A stretch of 64,000 bases of DNA from Phoronis australis (taxonomy: Eukaryota; Animalia; Phoronida), in the NCBI GenBank assembly GCA_002633005.1, contig NMRA01000095.1:786412-850411 (forward strand). The letters are read 5' to 3'. Of this stretch, positions 13,695 to 26,300 are shown one piece after another. How positions within the stretch are numbered: the first letter of the stretch is position 1; each line of letters opens with the position of its first letter. A model generated the notes under the pieces. That model worked only from the letters and a program-made list of their open reading frames with translations. It was not told where the DNA came from and ran no database searches. Both the position numbers and the translations under genes were made by a program.

Positions 13695-16657
13695 ATGGTG
13701 GACGACGCAACGAAAAAAACTTTAGCTGCGATTCCTTTACTAAAGACGAAGGCAGGGCCTCGCGATGGTGATCTGTGGGTCCAGCGGTTAAAAGAAGAAT
13801 ACCTGTCATTGATTAAGGTGCTAATGATGAATTTATTTTCTTCACAACGTGGTCAAATTCTCTGTGAACACGAACAATATGTGACGAGTGACATCGGTCA
13901 CCGGCACTGTCGGATAGAGCTATAGAGGGTCCCAGATTTAGAGAACCAGGCAATCACTAAATAACGGTCCCGTTACTTAGTAGATGAAACTGGTTCTCTA
14001 AATCAGGGACCGTTGTATCGGACCAGCCTACCACCAACCGGCACCGTCACCGGGCCCCAGTGTCACTGTTGTGCTCAGCCATTTGATTTGATTTCCCTGT
14101 TATTGTTGGCCTGTTGCCTGTTGAGTGTTGGCAAGCAAGGTCCCATAACATCATTATAAGTTCACTGAAGTTATGGAAAACAACACATTTATGTAAATGG
14201 GCCTTGGGGAGACAGTGTGACTCAGTGGCTCGAGCTCCGCACTCCCGTTTGGGAGACCCGGGTTTGAAGCCTGGCTTTACTGGTACTGGCAGACAATCGA
14301 CCATTGCACAAAAGCATCCCCAACTTCTCTGAGCTCAGTCTTACTAGGGAGTGAAGGAATGTATGCAAGGGAATAAATGAGAACCACTTTGGAATACTCG
14401 TCTTCGAGTGTGAAGTGTAAAGAAGAGAACGAAAGAAAGAAAGTTCACACTGAAATGAAAGTTTAATTATCATACATCCACTTTCAGTCAACACTAGGAG
14501 AGTGAGTAAAAAAAGCATTCATGTACCACTTTTGCTTATGTCAGGAGAATTTTTCTTGTGAAACAGTATAAACAAAAAACAAAAAAATGCATCAGTTTTA
14601 AAAATGAAAGTAACATGCTTTCTTTGGCCATGTTGCTTTTGTGCCAGAAATAGCAAAACTGGATTTCTGCTTCATTATGTCACCTTTCACCAACATTCCC
14701 AGACAGGTCTGCATATTCTCAACAATCGATATAGCATGCTGAACATGTGAGAGCAATAAAATTCGGCCAGAAAAACTTGATAAGAATTGTTTTCGTAAAA
14801 CAGCAACATCTACTTCCTGGCGTTTTTTTTTTCATGATGCTTAATTCTGTCTTCATGGCATGTGTGAAATAAAACTCCTTTATCTCTCGTTATTTCAGTA
14901 TGTTCAGAACAACAAACTTGCCGACAATGATTGGTTCAGGTTAGAATCGAACAAAGAAGGAACGCGGTGGTTCGGGAAATGTTGGTACATTCACGAGCTA
15001 CTCAAGTATGAATTTGATGTGGAATTTGATGTGAGTTGAGTGTTAATTAGTATTTAATAGATGTGTCATAGGATCAGTTGGATTTGCCTTTTGTTGCAAC
15101 TTTCATATCTTGCTCTGACATAAATACTGGATTTAAATAAATAGGGACTTATTCCGATCCTTCTCACTATCCAAGTGATAAATGTCAAACAATTATAGCT
15201 TGTGATTATGACTGCAACACATTAAGCTGTCATGAGGTATCTTCCTAAACACTTAAAAGTTTGTGGAAGTTGAATGTCTAAAAACCAAAGCACAACGTCT
15301 GGGTGGCAATAATTTCTATTACCGGTAGTAATTTCTGTAACTAACTGTTGGACAATGATTAGCATATATCGACAATTTTTTTGTGATATTTATTTTAAGT
15401 TGTGAATTCTGTGATATACCTGAGCATTTGTCTTGAAGTGATGCTGGTTGTATGTAAACACAGAGGTTACGATTGTGAATGAGAGGGTAGACTGTGTCTT
15501 TGATCCATTCCAAGTTTGAAAAGCATTGTCATGGTTCATATTTTGGGGCGAAGCACTTTTTTAATACAGTAAACTGGCATTCCTAACACATTAACCACTT
15601 GCACTGAATGGAGTTAATCAGTTGCTTCACCCAGAAGCAATTTTGGCTTGAACTAATTATTAGTGCTACATAGGGCTGTGAAGTTTGGAAATTAAGTTGG
15701 GGAGTGTACATTCCCAACTTTTCTTCAAGACTGTAATCACATTCTGCATTTTAATCATCTACAGATGCCTGTTACATATCCCAGCACATCTCCTGAGATA
15801 ACACTTCCAGAGTTGGACGGCAAAACGGCCAAAATGTACCGAGGAGGCAAGATCTGCTTGACGGACCACTTCAAGCCACTATGGGCAAGAAACTGTCCCA
15901 AGTTTGGCATTGCGCATGCGATGGCTTTAGGAGTAAGTTGACATAGCCTAGGCGCATTGCATGCAATGAAATGTGATATTGAGGTACTAAGAGGTTGTTT
16001 TTTATGTACGGTAAAGTTTTAACCGATTTTGGAAACAGTATGAAGGATTGGTGACATTTTTTCTTCTTTTTCTTAAGATAATTAGGAGCTATTTTCATGA
16101 GTTACCATTTTAAAGTTTTGAGCTGTTGTTGAATTAGGCACTTTAGTCTCATAAAATCAATCTAGCAAATTTCCTTACTGTAACAAACTTTTTTCGGCTA
16201 CTATCAAGAACATTGAAACCATCAGTGACTAAAGAAAAAGCTTCAAATTTTTTTGGGAGTTGTCCAACCCTAAAATTTTGGATTTGAAGATGGTAGTATT
16301 GCTCGTGTCTTGAAATGCTTGGCTCATTTGGAAATAATTCAAGATCGGATAAGCAAGGTAATGTTTTTGAACAGGAGAGAAATGTAGTTTATGTATGATA
16401 GAACAGGTTTCAAGATAAGTGGACCATAACCAACACTGCTTTTTCTTTTGTGTGGTACTGTAGTTACTTTTTACATTTTGGGACCCTTTAGACTTGCATT
16501 TGGTGTTCAGTATTTGAAAATTCAGTTACAGATTTTAATTTGCTAACAGTTTTTCTTTATTTTTCAGCTTGGTCCATGGTTGGCTGTTGAAATACCAGAC
16601 TTAATAAGCAAAGGACTGATCCAACACAAAGAAAAGTCTTCTGCAGCTAGTGCTTGA
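13695..16657 (+). CDS. UFC1: Ubiquitin-fold modifier-conjugating enzyme 1 (UFM1 E2), 4 exons, 170 aa
   Basis: Exons 13695-13817, 14899-15030, 15765-15932, 16568-16657, all phase 0 GT-AG. Sequence [95 protein letters not shown] includes the TAK motif and catalytic Cys. Confidence 0.97.
13928..14011. mobile_element. Short hairpin element (related to 26530-26650)
   Basis: ggtcccagatttagagaaccag / ctggttctctaaatcagggacc with an inner stem; shares gagaaccag..ataacgg..ctggttctc with the ZPR1-intron hairpin. Confidence 0.7.
14206..14430 (+). mobile_element. tRNA-derived SINE-like element in UFC1 intron 1
   Basis: Pol III A-box-like tgactcagtgg (14218-14228) and B-box-like ggtttgaagcc (14261-14271) at tRNA spacing, followed by a non-tRNA body. 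3' boundary approximate. Confidence 0.5.
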
Positions 16658-17879
16658 TATCTGTGCAATATTAGATAAAAACACGATTTTCTTTAGTAAG
16701 ATTTGATGAGAACTCATGTGATAATGTATTTTTAGTCAAATGCAGTCCGCCTGAAATAATTTTTTGGGTATTTTGAAGTTCATTTTTGTAAGATGGTTCA
16801 TTAATCATGCTCGCCTCTAAAGCATATTACAGTGAACCTGTGCTTTCAATTCTGGTGATATCAAGTATTTGTTTTCCGATTTATTGTTTACACATTGACG
16901 AATGTTTATGAGCCACAATTTATTTGAAAATTGACTGTAGCGCCGTAGTGGACGTCCCCCAAATTATGCGACGTGGGCACTTTACATTATGTATGATGTG
17001 ATATATCACACCCAGGATAGTAAGAGGTATTGTTCAGCAATTTTTCGAAATAAGTTATGAAGTACAAGTGAGGCACGAATCACAGTTTGATGTATTTATT
17101 TATTTATAGACGTAATTGCCTATTCATGTCACTTTTTTCTTGTAATGTACATTTTCGTTTATGATAAGATGTTTTTAGTACACACTTGATAAGGGACAGA
17201 TTGTATCAAAATATGACATACATTTAAGACCTTGCTTATGCCAAGAATTGTACAATGACACTTGGATTACCTCAAAATCCAACTGCTGTCTGGTGGTTTG
17301 TTAATTTGCCAAATTTTGTTGCACACTCAGCAAAATTAAGGTGGAACATATAATTGCAACATTAAACACACATTTTATGTTTAATATAAGAGTCACATTT
17401 TTTGTCCAAATTTCAGAATTCCAAAACCTGATGCGTGTGGGTTTCACGAAGTATGCAGATGTGCTATTTACAAACTTTCAAAATGAAAATTTAAAAATAC
17501 TATTGTCGCTCCCAATGTGTATATGATGGTCTCATTATCTAAAGAACAATAACATCAGCAGCCTGATATAATGAAGCACAACAGCATGGTGTCTTTGATC
17601 CAAACCTGCACATTCTGCGGTGCCCAAACTCTTGCTGTTATGTTGTCAATGTAGGATTATTTTCATGCTGAGATCTCTTGAACACACCACTTGAAAATAT
17701 TGAGATGAGAAGTTTTGTCTGGTGCTGATTAACCAGTTATTTTGAAAATATAACTAAATGTGTATGAAAAAAATCACCTCTTGCCTTTACCACTTGAGGT
17801 TAATGCTAAAGAGATAGAATTCATTTTTTCATGAAAGACCTACCCTATTCCACAATACCCACTCGGGAATAGCACATGC

Positions 17880-18133
17880 CAAGCAAGCACAATGGCACAA
17901 ACGCTGATCTTTATAGGGACGTCCCGGATTACATGGCGATATAACTCTTTTGTTCCGGAGACAAGAAAACGCGTGACCTAATTTTGGAAATCAGTCACAT
18001 TTTCATGTCTCTTGTTGATATGGGGAAGGTGAAGAGTTTCATATCTTGCATTCACGGGTATTTGTTCAATTTAATCGAACTTTCTCAGGTTGGAGTTGCA
18101 GCCCACAGCACAACAGTAATACTTCGTTGGCAT
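17880..18133 (-). pseudogene. Decayed THAP zinc-finger domain (transposon-derived remnant)
   Basis: Minus strand reads MPTKYYCCAVGCNSNLRK..KYP*MQDMKLFTFP..LISKIR, the CxxxC..FxFP THAP pattern, broken by stops and frameshifts. Confidence 0.55.
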
Positions 18134-19049
18134 TGGCAGGACGAATAGAGTAATGCAACAGAGAAAAACTTCGATAAGAATCAGAGAACAAATGCCACGA
18201 AACTCCAGTAGCATGACAATGAGGCAGCAAATGTGCCTGACAAATGTTGTGGGTAAACACTGCCCAACTCTAGTGTCTGTACGTAATCCGGGATACTTTA
18301 GCCATGACTTACATGCAGATTGTTTGAAACATGTTTCGTAACTCACCTGTGTATCAGTGCAGGTGATGCTGGGTAAATCACTGCCACTAAGTATTGAAGC
18401 TGCTGTTCGGCAAGTTTGAGCTGTGAATGTTGAATTCTTAACTTGAAGTACTTTGGGTTATAAAAACATTACCGTGCACTAGTTCTAGTCAAATGAGGTG
18501 GCAACTAGAGTCGTAGCCAATGTACCTATGCGGCATTTTTGAATCTGCAGTTTTAGAGTTCAACAAATTTTAATGAAATTCCGAGTATTCTGAAGGCGTT
18601 GACGGTTTCAATGTTGTTGGTAACGGAAAAATAAAATTCTGTCGCAGAAAGGAATATTGCTAGACTAATTTTGAGAGTCAAAATTTAGAGGCCAAATTTT
18701 GATTTTTAGCCAGATAAACAGAACGAAATTCAGCTTTACAGTAGACTAAATTGATATCTCTATTTGAAATCACACCAGTCTGGAATGCTGGAAAAGCAGG
18801 ACATCTTTGTAATGTGAACAGTTAACTGTTATGTTGGGTTCAGTCAACTGCTCATTCTGATTTTTACATTTTTCAGTTTAAATCCTGTGGACATCAACCC
18901 AATGTTGAACTCGGATTAATGGTCTCAATTGTATTAAAGTACCACACAGTGCTACTACAAAATGCATCCTGCACGCATGCTAAGTACATTATACATTGGT
19001 AACTGTTCATAGCTTGTATACAGTTCTAACAGAAAATGAATAGTCTTCA

Positions 19050-19066
19050 AATAAATATATTTTATT
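19050..19066. terminator. Candidate bidirectional poly(A) signal between convergent UFC1 and ZPR1
   Basis: AATAAA on + at 19050-19055 and on - at 19061-19066 (tttatt), 5 nt apart; TGTA upstream on +. Confidence 0.35.
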
Positions 19067-20335
19067 TCAACATAATCTATGACAACTCATGAGGCAAGCA
19101 AAGAATTTTGGCGGGGTTGAAACAAACTAAACAAAGTATTCTCCCGCGATATACTGAGGTCTTGTTAGACAATGCAACAGCCGACTTGCAATGCATTCTA
19201 GACAGTCTTGATTGGTTCAGCTGTGACATCATTGCCAGACAACCAATTCAAGTAGACAACATAAGCTAAAGTGTGTGCGGTGGTGCAATTGCTTGATGAC
19301 GAACATATCGACAAGCGCATTTGTCCGTCACAGTTGTTTCATGAATTCTGGCATTGATCCACCTTTTGTCTGGGAATGACATCAGTGACCAGTCTAGCAT
19401 TTGAATACAGACATGCAACAAATTGTGAGCAAAATGCAGTTATGACCCTAGGTCAAGTTTTATGAACAGGGATTTATAAAGAAATAAATAATATACCACT
19501 TGGTTACCAAACTTGGTAGAAAAGTGGAACAATAGTGCAGTTTACACTACAAAAGTTGACACCCATCAGCTGACACGGATTGAGATGGTCTAGTGTAAGT
19601 ATGTGTGTAAACAGGACTGACCTAGAGCAAATTGACACCGCAGTGACCAGTTTTGCCACCTGTTTGTGAGGAAGAGCAACTTGTGCTCGATCATCTTGCA
19701 CCGTGTCAATTGTATGTCCAAGCGTGAAACTGGGGCAAGGCGGAGAGGATCATCTCTACTGCGTTTGTGCAATGACCTGCATACGGGTTCTCTGTCTCTG
19801 CAACTCCCGTCATTTGTAAACCTGCGCATGTGCGTTCCACTCTCCAGCCTACAACTTCCGTCTTGCCACAGTTAATGAGTTGTGTGTGTAAATGGATGCT
19901 TGACACCGATCAATTCGCTCCCTGTCAGTTGCACCGGGCCAAAAGTTGATGTATATACGGCACTAAAATGTCCACCTTGTTGCATAACATCCTATGCGAT
20001 CTACAACTCTGTACATTGAAAACCAGCATGAGGTCTTACAAACCACATGTGAATCCTCATTGCATAATACAGGTACAGGTTATCACCATGACTTTGGAAG
20101 ATGGACAAAAATTTACCTTCTTGCTACTTATATGTACTGCATATCCTTCATGAAAAAATGAAATTCACTTGGCAGCCATACTATGCCCTAAATTGATGAG
20201 ACTTTGTTTAATTTGCTTCAGAACTTGCTTCAAAAAACAAAACAATTTCAACAATTTTTCCATTTTCTTATCAACTATTGTATCATTTTGCCACAACATT
20301 CAGTCTCATAGACAGCAAGGTGCTGCCTCCTGGTG

Positions 20336-23300
20336 TCATGTCTCGTAGTTCTCTGTTTTCATATCACTCAGTCCAAGATCAGCATTTTGCTCCTGATTCC
20401 GTTCATAATGTTCCACCTTGAGTTCTGGGTCATCATCAGGGGCATACACATTCTGGAAGCAAACATTTGAAATGTTATTCATAATCCAACAGCACAGTTT
20501 GAAAACTATTAAAGACATTTAAGCAACAAGAAAAAAGTTTGATGAAAACCACGTGCCGTTATGAAAATTTTCTCGTATCGTTCGTTGGTCAAACTGGAGG
20601 TGGTAACAAATCCTTGAAAGAGCTGACAGTTTGTTAGAGCTTGAGACTGGACTCTACATGTTTGCGTGACATGGTGTGTTACTTTATGCACCGAGTAAGA
20701 TTTCATGGAATAACAAATTCTCAATTCTTCGCAAACCTAGAAACCACTTTTCATCCGTTGGGACCGATTTTATCTGCAAGTGATATAAACCAAAATTTTG
20801 ATTCTGTTTTTTGGCTAAATAGTAGATTCGTATTATACGTGTATAAAACATTAAAATCTTGGCTCTCCTCATCTTTCTAACACAATGTTATTTTAACACT
20901 GTTCAACCAACACACCTGAATATAACTGTTACCAGCTGGGTCATCCAAAACAAAATGCCAATCAACCCGTTTCTTCAGCTCCTCTATTTTTTTACAGGTG
21001 TCAGCTAATTTGTCCTTCAACTCGGGCGCAGCACTGTCACCAACTGAAAAGCCGCTGGACTGACCTATCTAAAAACATTAGAAAGACTTGATTAATTGAT
21101 GACAAAGAACTTGTGCAGAGCTGCCACTTATTTGGAACACAATCTGGAACTTTTAGGCAACAATCAAATTTTGCTAGTGAAAATTTGTACGATTTCCAAT
21201 ATTATTCTGAAAATCTAAATTTTGATCAAAATATGTAGTGCTCCACCAAAAACAACAAATTGTGGTTTCAAATTGTGTCCACTAAAACAATGACATTAAA
21301 AACTCAGTGTAACATGTCGATGTTTTGCAGTCGGCACGGTTATTAACGATCAAAAATACACGATACACAGAGCGGACAAACATAGTACTTATACATTCTG
21401 ACAACCGGTTTGCAAACAATGGGAATTTTAGTAAATACTGTTTTATGGCATCTACACTACAATCAATGCTTGTAATAGATTAGACTGTCCTTAATCTTCA
21501 ATTTAATGGAGAAATTAAACAAAACAGAATTTCACTTATCGGCCATATTATGCATCAAACAATGAAGAATTATACTATAACATTCATCAAATCACACATC
21601 TCTCAGTTTTAACACTAAAACACAATAAAGCAAATTAGATCTATATTAAATAAAGCCTAACCAAATTTCCAAAGCAACAGAAAGTCTTGTGAGCAATATA
21701 CTGTATTGAGTAAATATCGAATAGTTGAATGCAGGACATCATCTTCGTTTCACTGTTTAACTTTTTACTGACCGTCTGGCTAAGGACTGACATAGGCAAC
21801 ATACCGACTCAATAATGTTGTCTAGCAGACCCTCAAGAGTGGTGAAGCGACCACCAAGTGTTCCGTCCGAGGCCACAAAGTCTATCTCTGGTATGGAAAG
21901 ACCACTTGTGTCTGACTACAAACAAAAATAAACATTCTTGTTAACAGCACCTTTTATAAGCAGGATTGTAAATGTGCAAACAAGTGAGTTTAGTAACAAT
22001 TTTTCTTTTGTAAAAACCGATAACTTTTTAACATTTTTGCGGGAGAACATAATAGAAAATGACAAATTCTTTTGAAAACTTTCTTTATTTTATTTTTACA
22101 CAGAAAACTACAAAAATGAGCTAGTTTGTAAAACGAAAACTATTCTGAAAAATTAAGAAGAAAATATCGACCAGTGCGAATACTCAACACTGTAACAGTT
22201 GCAGATTCAGCCAGAGGTGCCAACATGTCTATCTCAATATTTCAACATTCACAACTCACCTTCAGGATGTCCCTGCTCAGGTCAAGAGGATCAGTCACAT
22301 GCAGTGTGAGTTTCATACCCTTGTCCTCAATCGACATTCCACCCTTGACCTCGTTGTCACGGTAACCACAGTACTGGCAATTGAAGGCCATCAGTATGAC
22401 CTCCTTGAAGTGAGGAATGTCTACAACCTTCATGTTACTTTCAGCCATTGCTCCGCAGTGAGGACAGTCAACCTTGAATGTCACCACCTACAAGGATGAA
22501 GAGGACGTCATGATACCTTGCTCCTTCTCATAGGCACGATAAAGCACGCCACATTTCAACTCTTGCTTTGAAACGACTTTTGATGAATTATCCTTTCACT
22601 GCCAAATGTGCAGATTGGCAAGTTGGGTTCTTGCCCGTTCATGAGTTAATTAATCCTCAATTTTACGCGAGATAATATTTCGACATCATCACATAGCAGA
22701 ATGGCAGGTTTACCAGATCTTGGAAGAAAATTAAGTTTTTGGATTCTTCAGATTTTATGTAGCAAAAATTGATCATTTCTCAATCGAACTGCAATTGAAG
22801 CAATGACCCTGAAATAGATTTGCAGATTTACTATGGTTACCATTTCATAATTAATACTAACGAGTCTGCGATACTTGATCACATGTGCGGTTTCTTTTGC
22901 GTTAAAATCACGGCCTAAAACTGAAACTGGAAAATTTCAATACCTTTTCAATAACATCAATATTTTCAAAACAGAAATACATTAAATTTAGCATTCATAC
23001 ATTGTAACGAACAATAAGTACCTCATTTTTAAAGTTTGCCTCCTTCTCTGCATCTTCATTCTCGTTGTCGTTATCATTTTCAAAACCTTCCTGGAAGATG
23101 TCAAAATGTTTATTGAATTTATTTCCAAGAGAATAAAAAACAAGTAACAGTGGTTGCAGATTTTTGTACTGCAATCAAGTTAAAATTATGTAATAATCAT
23201 TATCTTGCTTTGTTATTTTGCATATAGATATCACATTTATGGCCCATAAATCAACAGCACAAATAAACGAATTAAGAAAAAAATCAAATACGTCCATTGA

Positions 23301-26300
23301 CCTTTTAGAAAACAAAAAATATTATTTTTAAATCAATCATTTGTTTCACACGTGACTTCAAAACCTTTTTAGACAGCTGAACAGAAGAAACGCAGATTTA
23401 AAGAAAAGCCAAGATTGTGAAGACGAATCAGAATAGCTCACCGCGGTAATGCCAAGCCTCTCATCTTCTTCTATACTACGAGTGAAGTGTTCTATCTTCA
23501 TATACTCATCCTTTCGCGGGGCAAATGTACGAATGAGTTAAGGATCATCACATGTGTAATGCAAAGACCAAATGCAAATACGAGGTTCCCTTATATTACT
23601 ATTAAGCTATTTCTACAGACCGCGCTCCTTACATTATCCTCGGTGATGATTGTTGAATATCAGGAGTTTGCTTAACAGCACTGTGATTCTTGTTTTGCTC
23701 ATCTCAAGGATTCGAGATAACAAGCAAGCACATACACAGTGCAAATTATTACATAACTTATGTCACTAGTCACTATAGCATTCAGTTACATCTTGGCAGC
23801 TGGAGACTATTTACATTTTCTCCTAAAAACAATCTTAAGGTTACGTCAGCCCATAGAACGTCATTGTTCAGAAATGGCAGATTGGATTCATATGAAACCC
23901 TCACAAACTACGATTTATGCAATGTTCTCCATAATATTGCTTTTTGAAATCTTTCACTTTTGCATCGTAACTCCTAAAAATGAAGCCTTTATGATTTTTA
24001 TGAAAACAAAATATTTTGTAACCGTTCACATTTTTTGAGATTTCATCTTACTTTCATCTTAAACATTACCATATAATGACATTTGGTCATGCTAATAATA
24101 ATCATTATGATGTTTTTCCATGAATGAACCTTTCTTTTTTGCTTTATTTTTCCACAAAGACGTGTAATCCAAGTTCTGAAAGGTTAAAAATCAGTCTACA
24201 GGCTTAGTATTTTCAGGAAACATACACTTCTACAGAGCTAATACATGAAGTTTTCTAGATATTTGTCTCAAAAGAAGGCTTGTCCTACATACAGCTGTAT
24301 TGTCGTGAAGACTTGAGGAGAAATTACTGCCAAGTGCCTTATTTGAAAATTTGACATCTGAATAATTTAAAACACGGAAAAGAAATGATCAAACAGTAAA
24401 CCCTGATAAAGGATATGGATTCTGGACAAAGCTGTTTCCTGTTGGATCAACAAAAACCTGGAAAGAAAGACAAATACCACTGATGCAATGAAGGACATTT
24501 TGTTTGGCAGCACGTGTTGATCAAATGTTTATAACACATCACTGATGCACAGTGAAATCGAGCGTTACATATTTATATGACAATTTTCCGCGAACTAGAC
24601 TCAACTTACAATTTCGAATGGCTGTTGAACGTCTGTGAGTGGCTTTAACTTGGAAATGAATTCATCCAACTTGGCGGCTGTTTCAGGCTCCATGATCTAG
24701 AGGAAAATTTGAGAAGACTAGAAATGTGTGAAAACAGATTCAAGTTACATGTTATAGTGAATGGGTTGTCACTTATTTCAAGATGACAACACAGGTTCTT
24801 ACGCATGCAACCAAGTGATGAGCCTGATGTTTATAAGGCAATGAGAAAATTTGGATAAAGATAGGATTAGTGAACAAAGTCATGAATAAATGAAAATTTG
24901 AGTTAGATGTCTAAGTTATTTACGAAAGTGAGAATATAATTTTGAAATCAATCTGTAGTCATGAGTTTCTCCTGCTCATTGAAAGATTTAGCTCAGCCAG
25001 AAGGAAACTCAGAATTCACTTGGCGGTGATAGTACAACAAGGATCCCAGCGATAGAAATGCAGGTATTCAGGTAGTCACGTGGGACCCTTAGCCCACAAA
25101 AGCTCCCATGCTGACTAACTTTCTATTCTAAGTGTATCCAGATGTAAAAAGGAAGACCCTATCTTCATTAGCACCCCCTAGTGAGCATGAAATCATTCAC
25201 TGACAAGTGGACAGCTATTCATACACCTGCATATCCGCTGCACGAGTGTTCACATCAAGTTAAGACCATACTTTGAATTTATACACTAGATACCCCTTTC
25301 AGTGTGCACTGCTAATGATGTACACACAATTAGAAACTCGACAGTTGTTTTGTCCAAACATGACAACAAGTGGATACAACATACCCACATTTTGAGACCC
25401 AGTTTGACGACCCTTCTTCAGTGGAGAAAACTGTTTCTCAAAATGAAGGCACATAACATCCGACTACTACCCCAAACACTAAAGCATTCTTAACCAGTAA
25501 CAACTTCAACCCATGTTTTGTGACAATGGTACCCTCTTACTAAGATAGAATGCAAATTTCATGCTCAGTGAGTGCACAGAATTGTTGAGACTTCACGATA
25601 ACATCCAAGAATTTACGCCCCACATTGTCCAGTCCTGTGAGACCCTTGGTGCATGGTTTCTTAATCAAATTTGAACTTTACATAAACAAAGAATTACCCT
25701 TCGTACTGGCTGTTGCTGCTCCAAGTCCGACACAGCTGTGCTGATTAAGCTCTCTATTGTTGTGAGTTCTATAACAAAAGATAGAGGGAAATTATTGCTA
25801 AGAACCGAGAACCCTCGAGGAAAGTAGTGTTGAACATTGAGACTGTATAACATCTTGTTCAACTACATCTACAATAACAAACAAACGGCAAGAGCTACCA
25901 GACCAAAGTCCAGCGGCGGATGGAGGGATTCCTGAAAACCCTGCTGAACCACCTTTCCAATAACTCCATCAAGGAATCAAAAGTATCCTGATCCTGACTT
26001 CTTGCATGGCTCAGTGGATCAACTATTTTCTTTGAAGATCAATCTCACGTCACTTTACACAACACCATGTGAACTTCTGGAGAAAACATATCTATCATTC
26101 TCCTCCACCGTAAGAATGTCACTTTATCAGAGGAAAAGGAGAACTATTAAGATAGCAATGTGCAGTCAAATGACCTAAGACAAACATCACAGATATGAAA
26201 CAGAGAAACTAAATTTCTATGGAATGTACAACACAAGACACTATACAACTTAATGAAAGCACGTTACGGTAATACATTATGCACTTGTGCATGGTAAACT

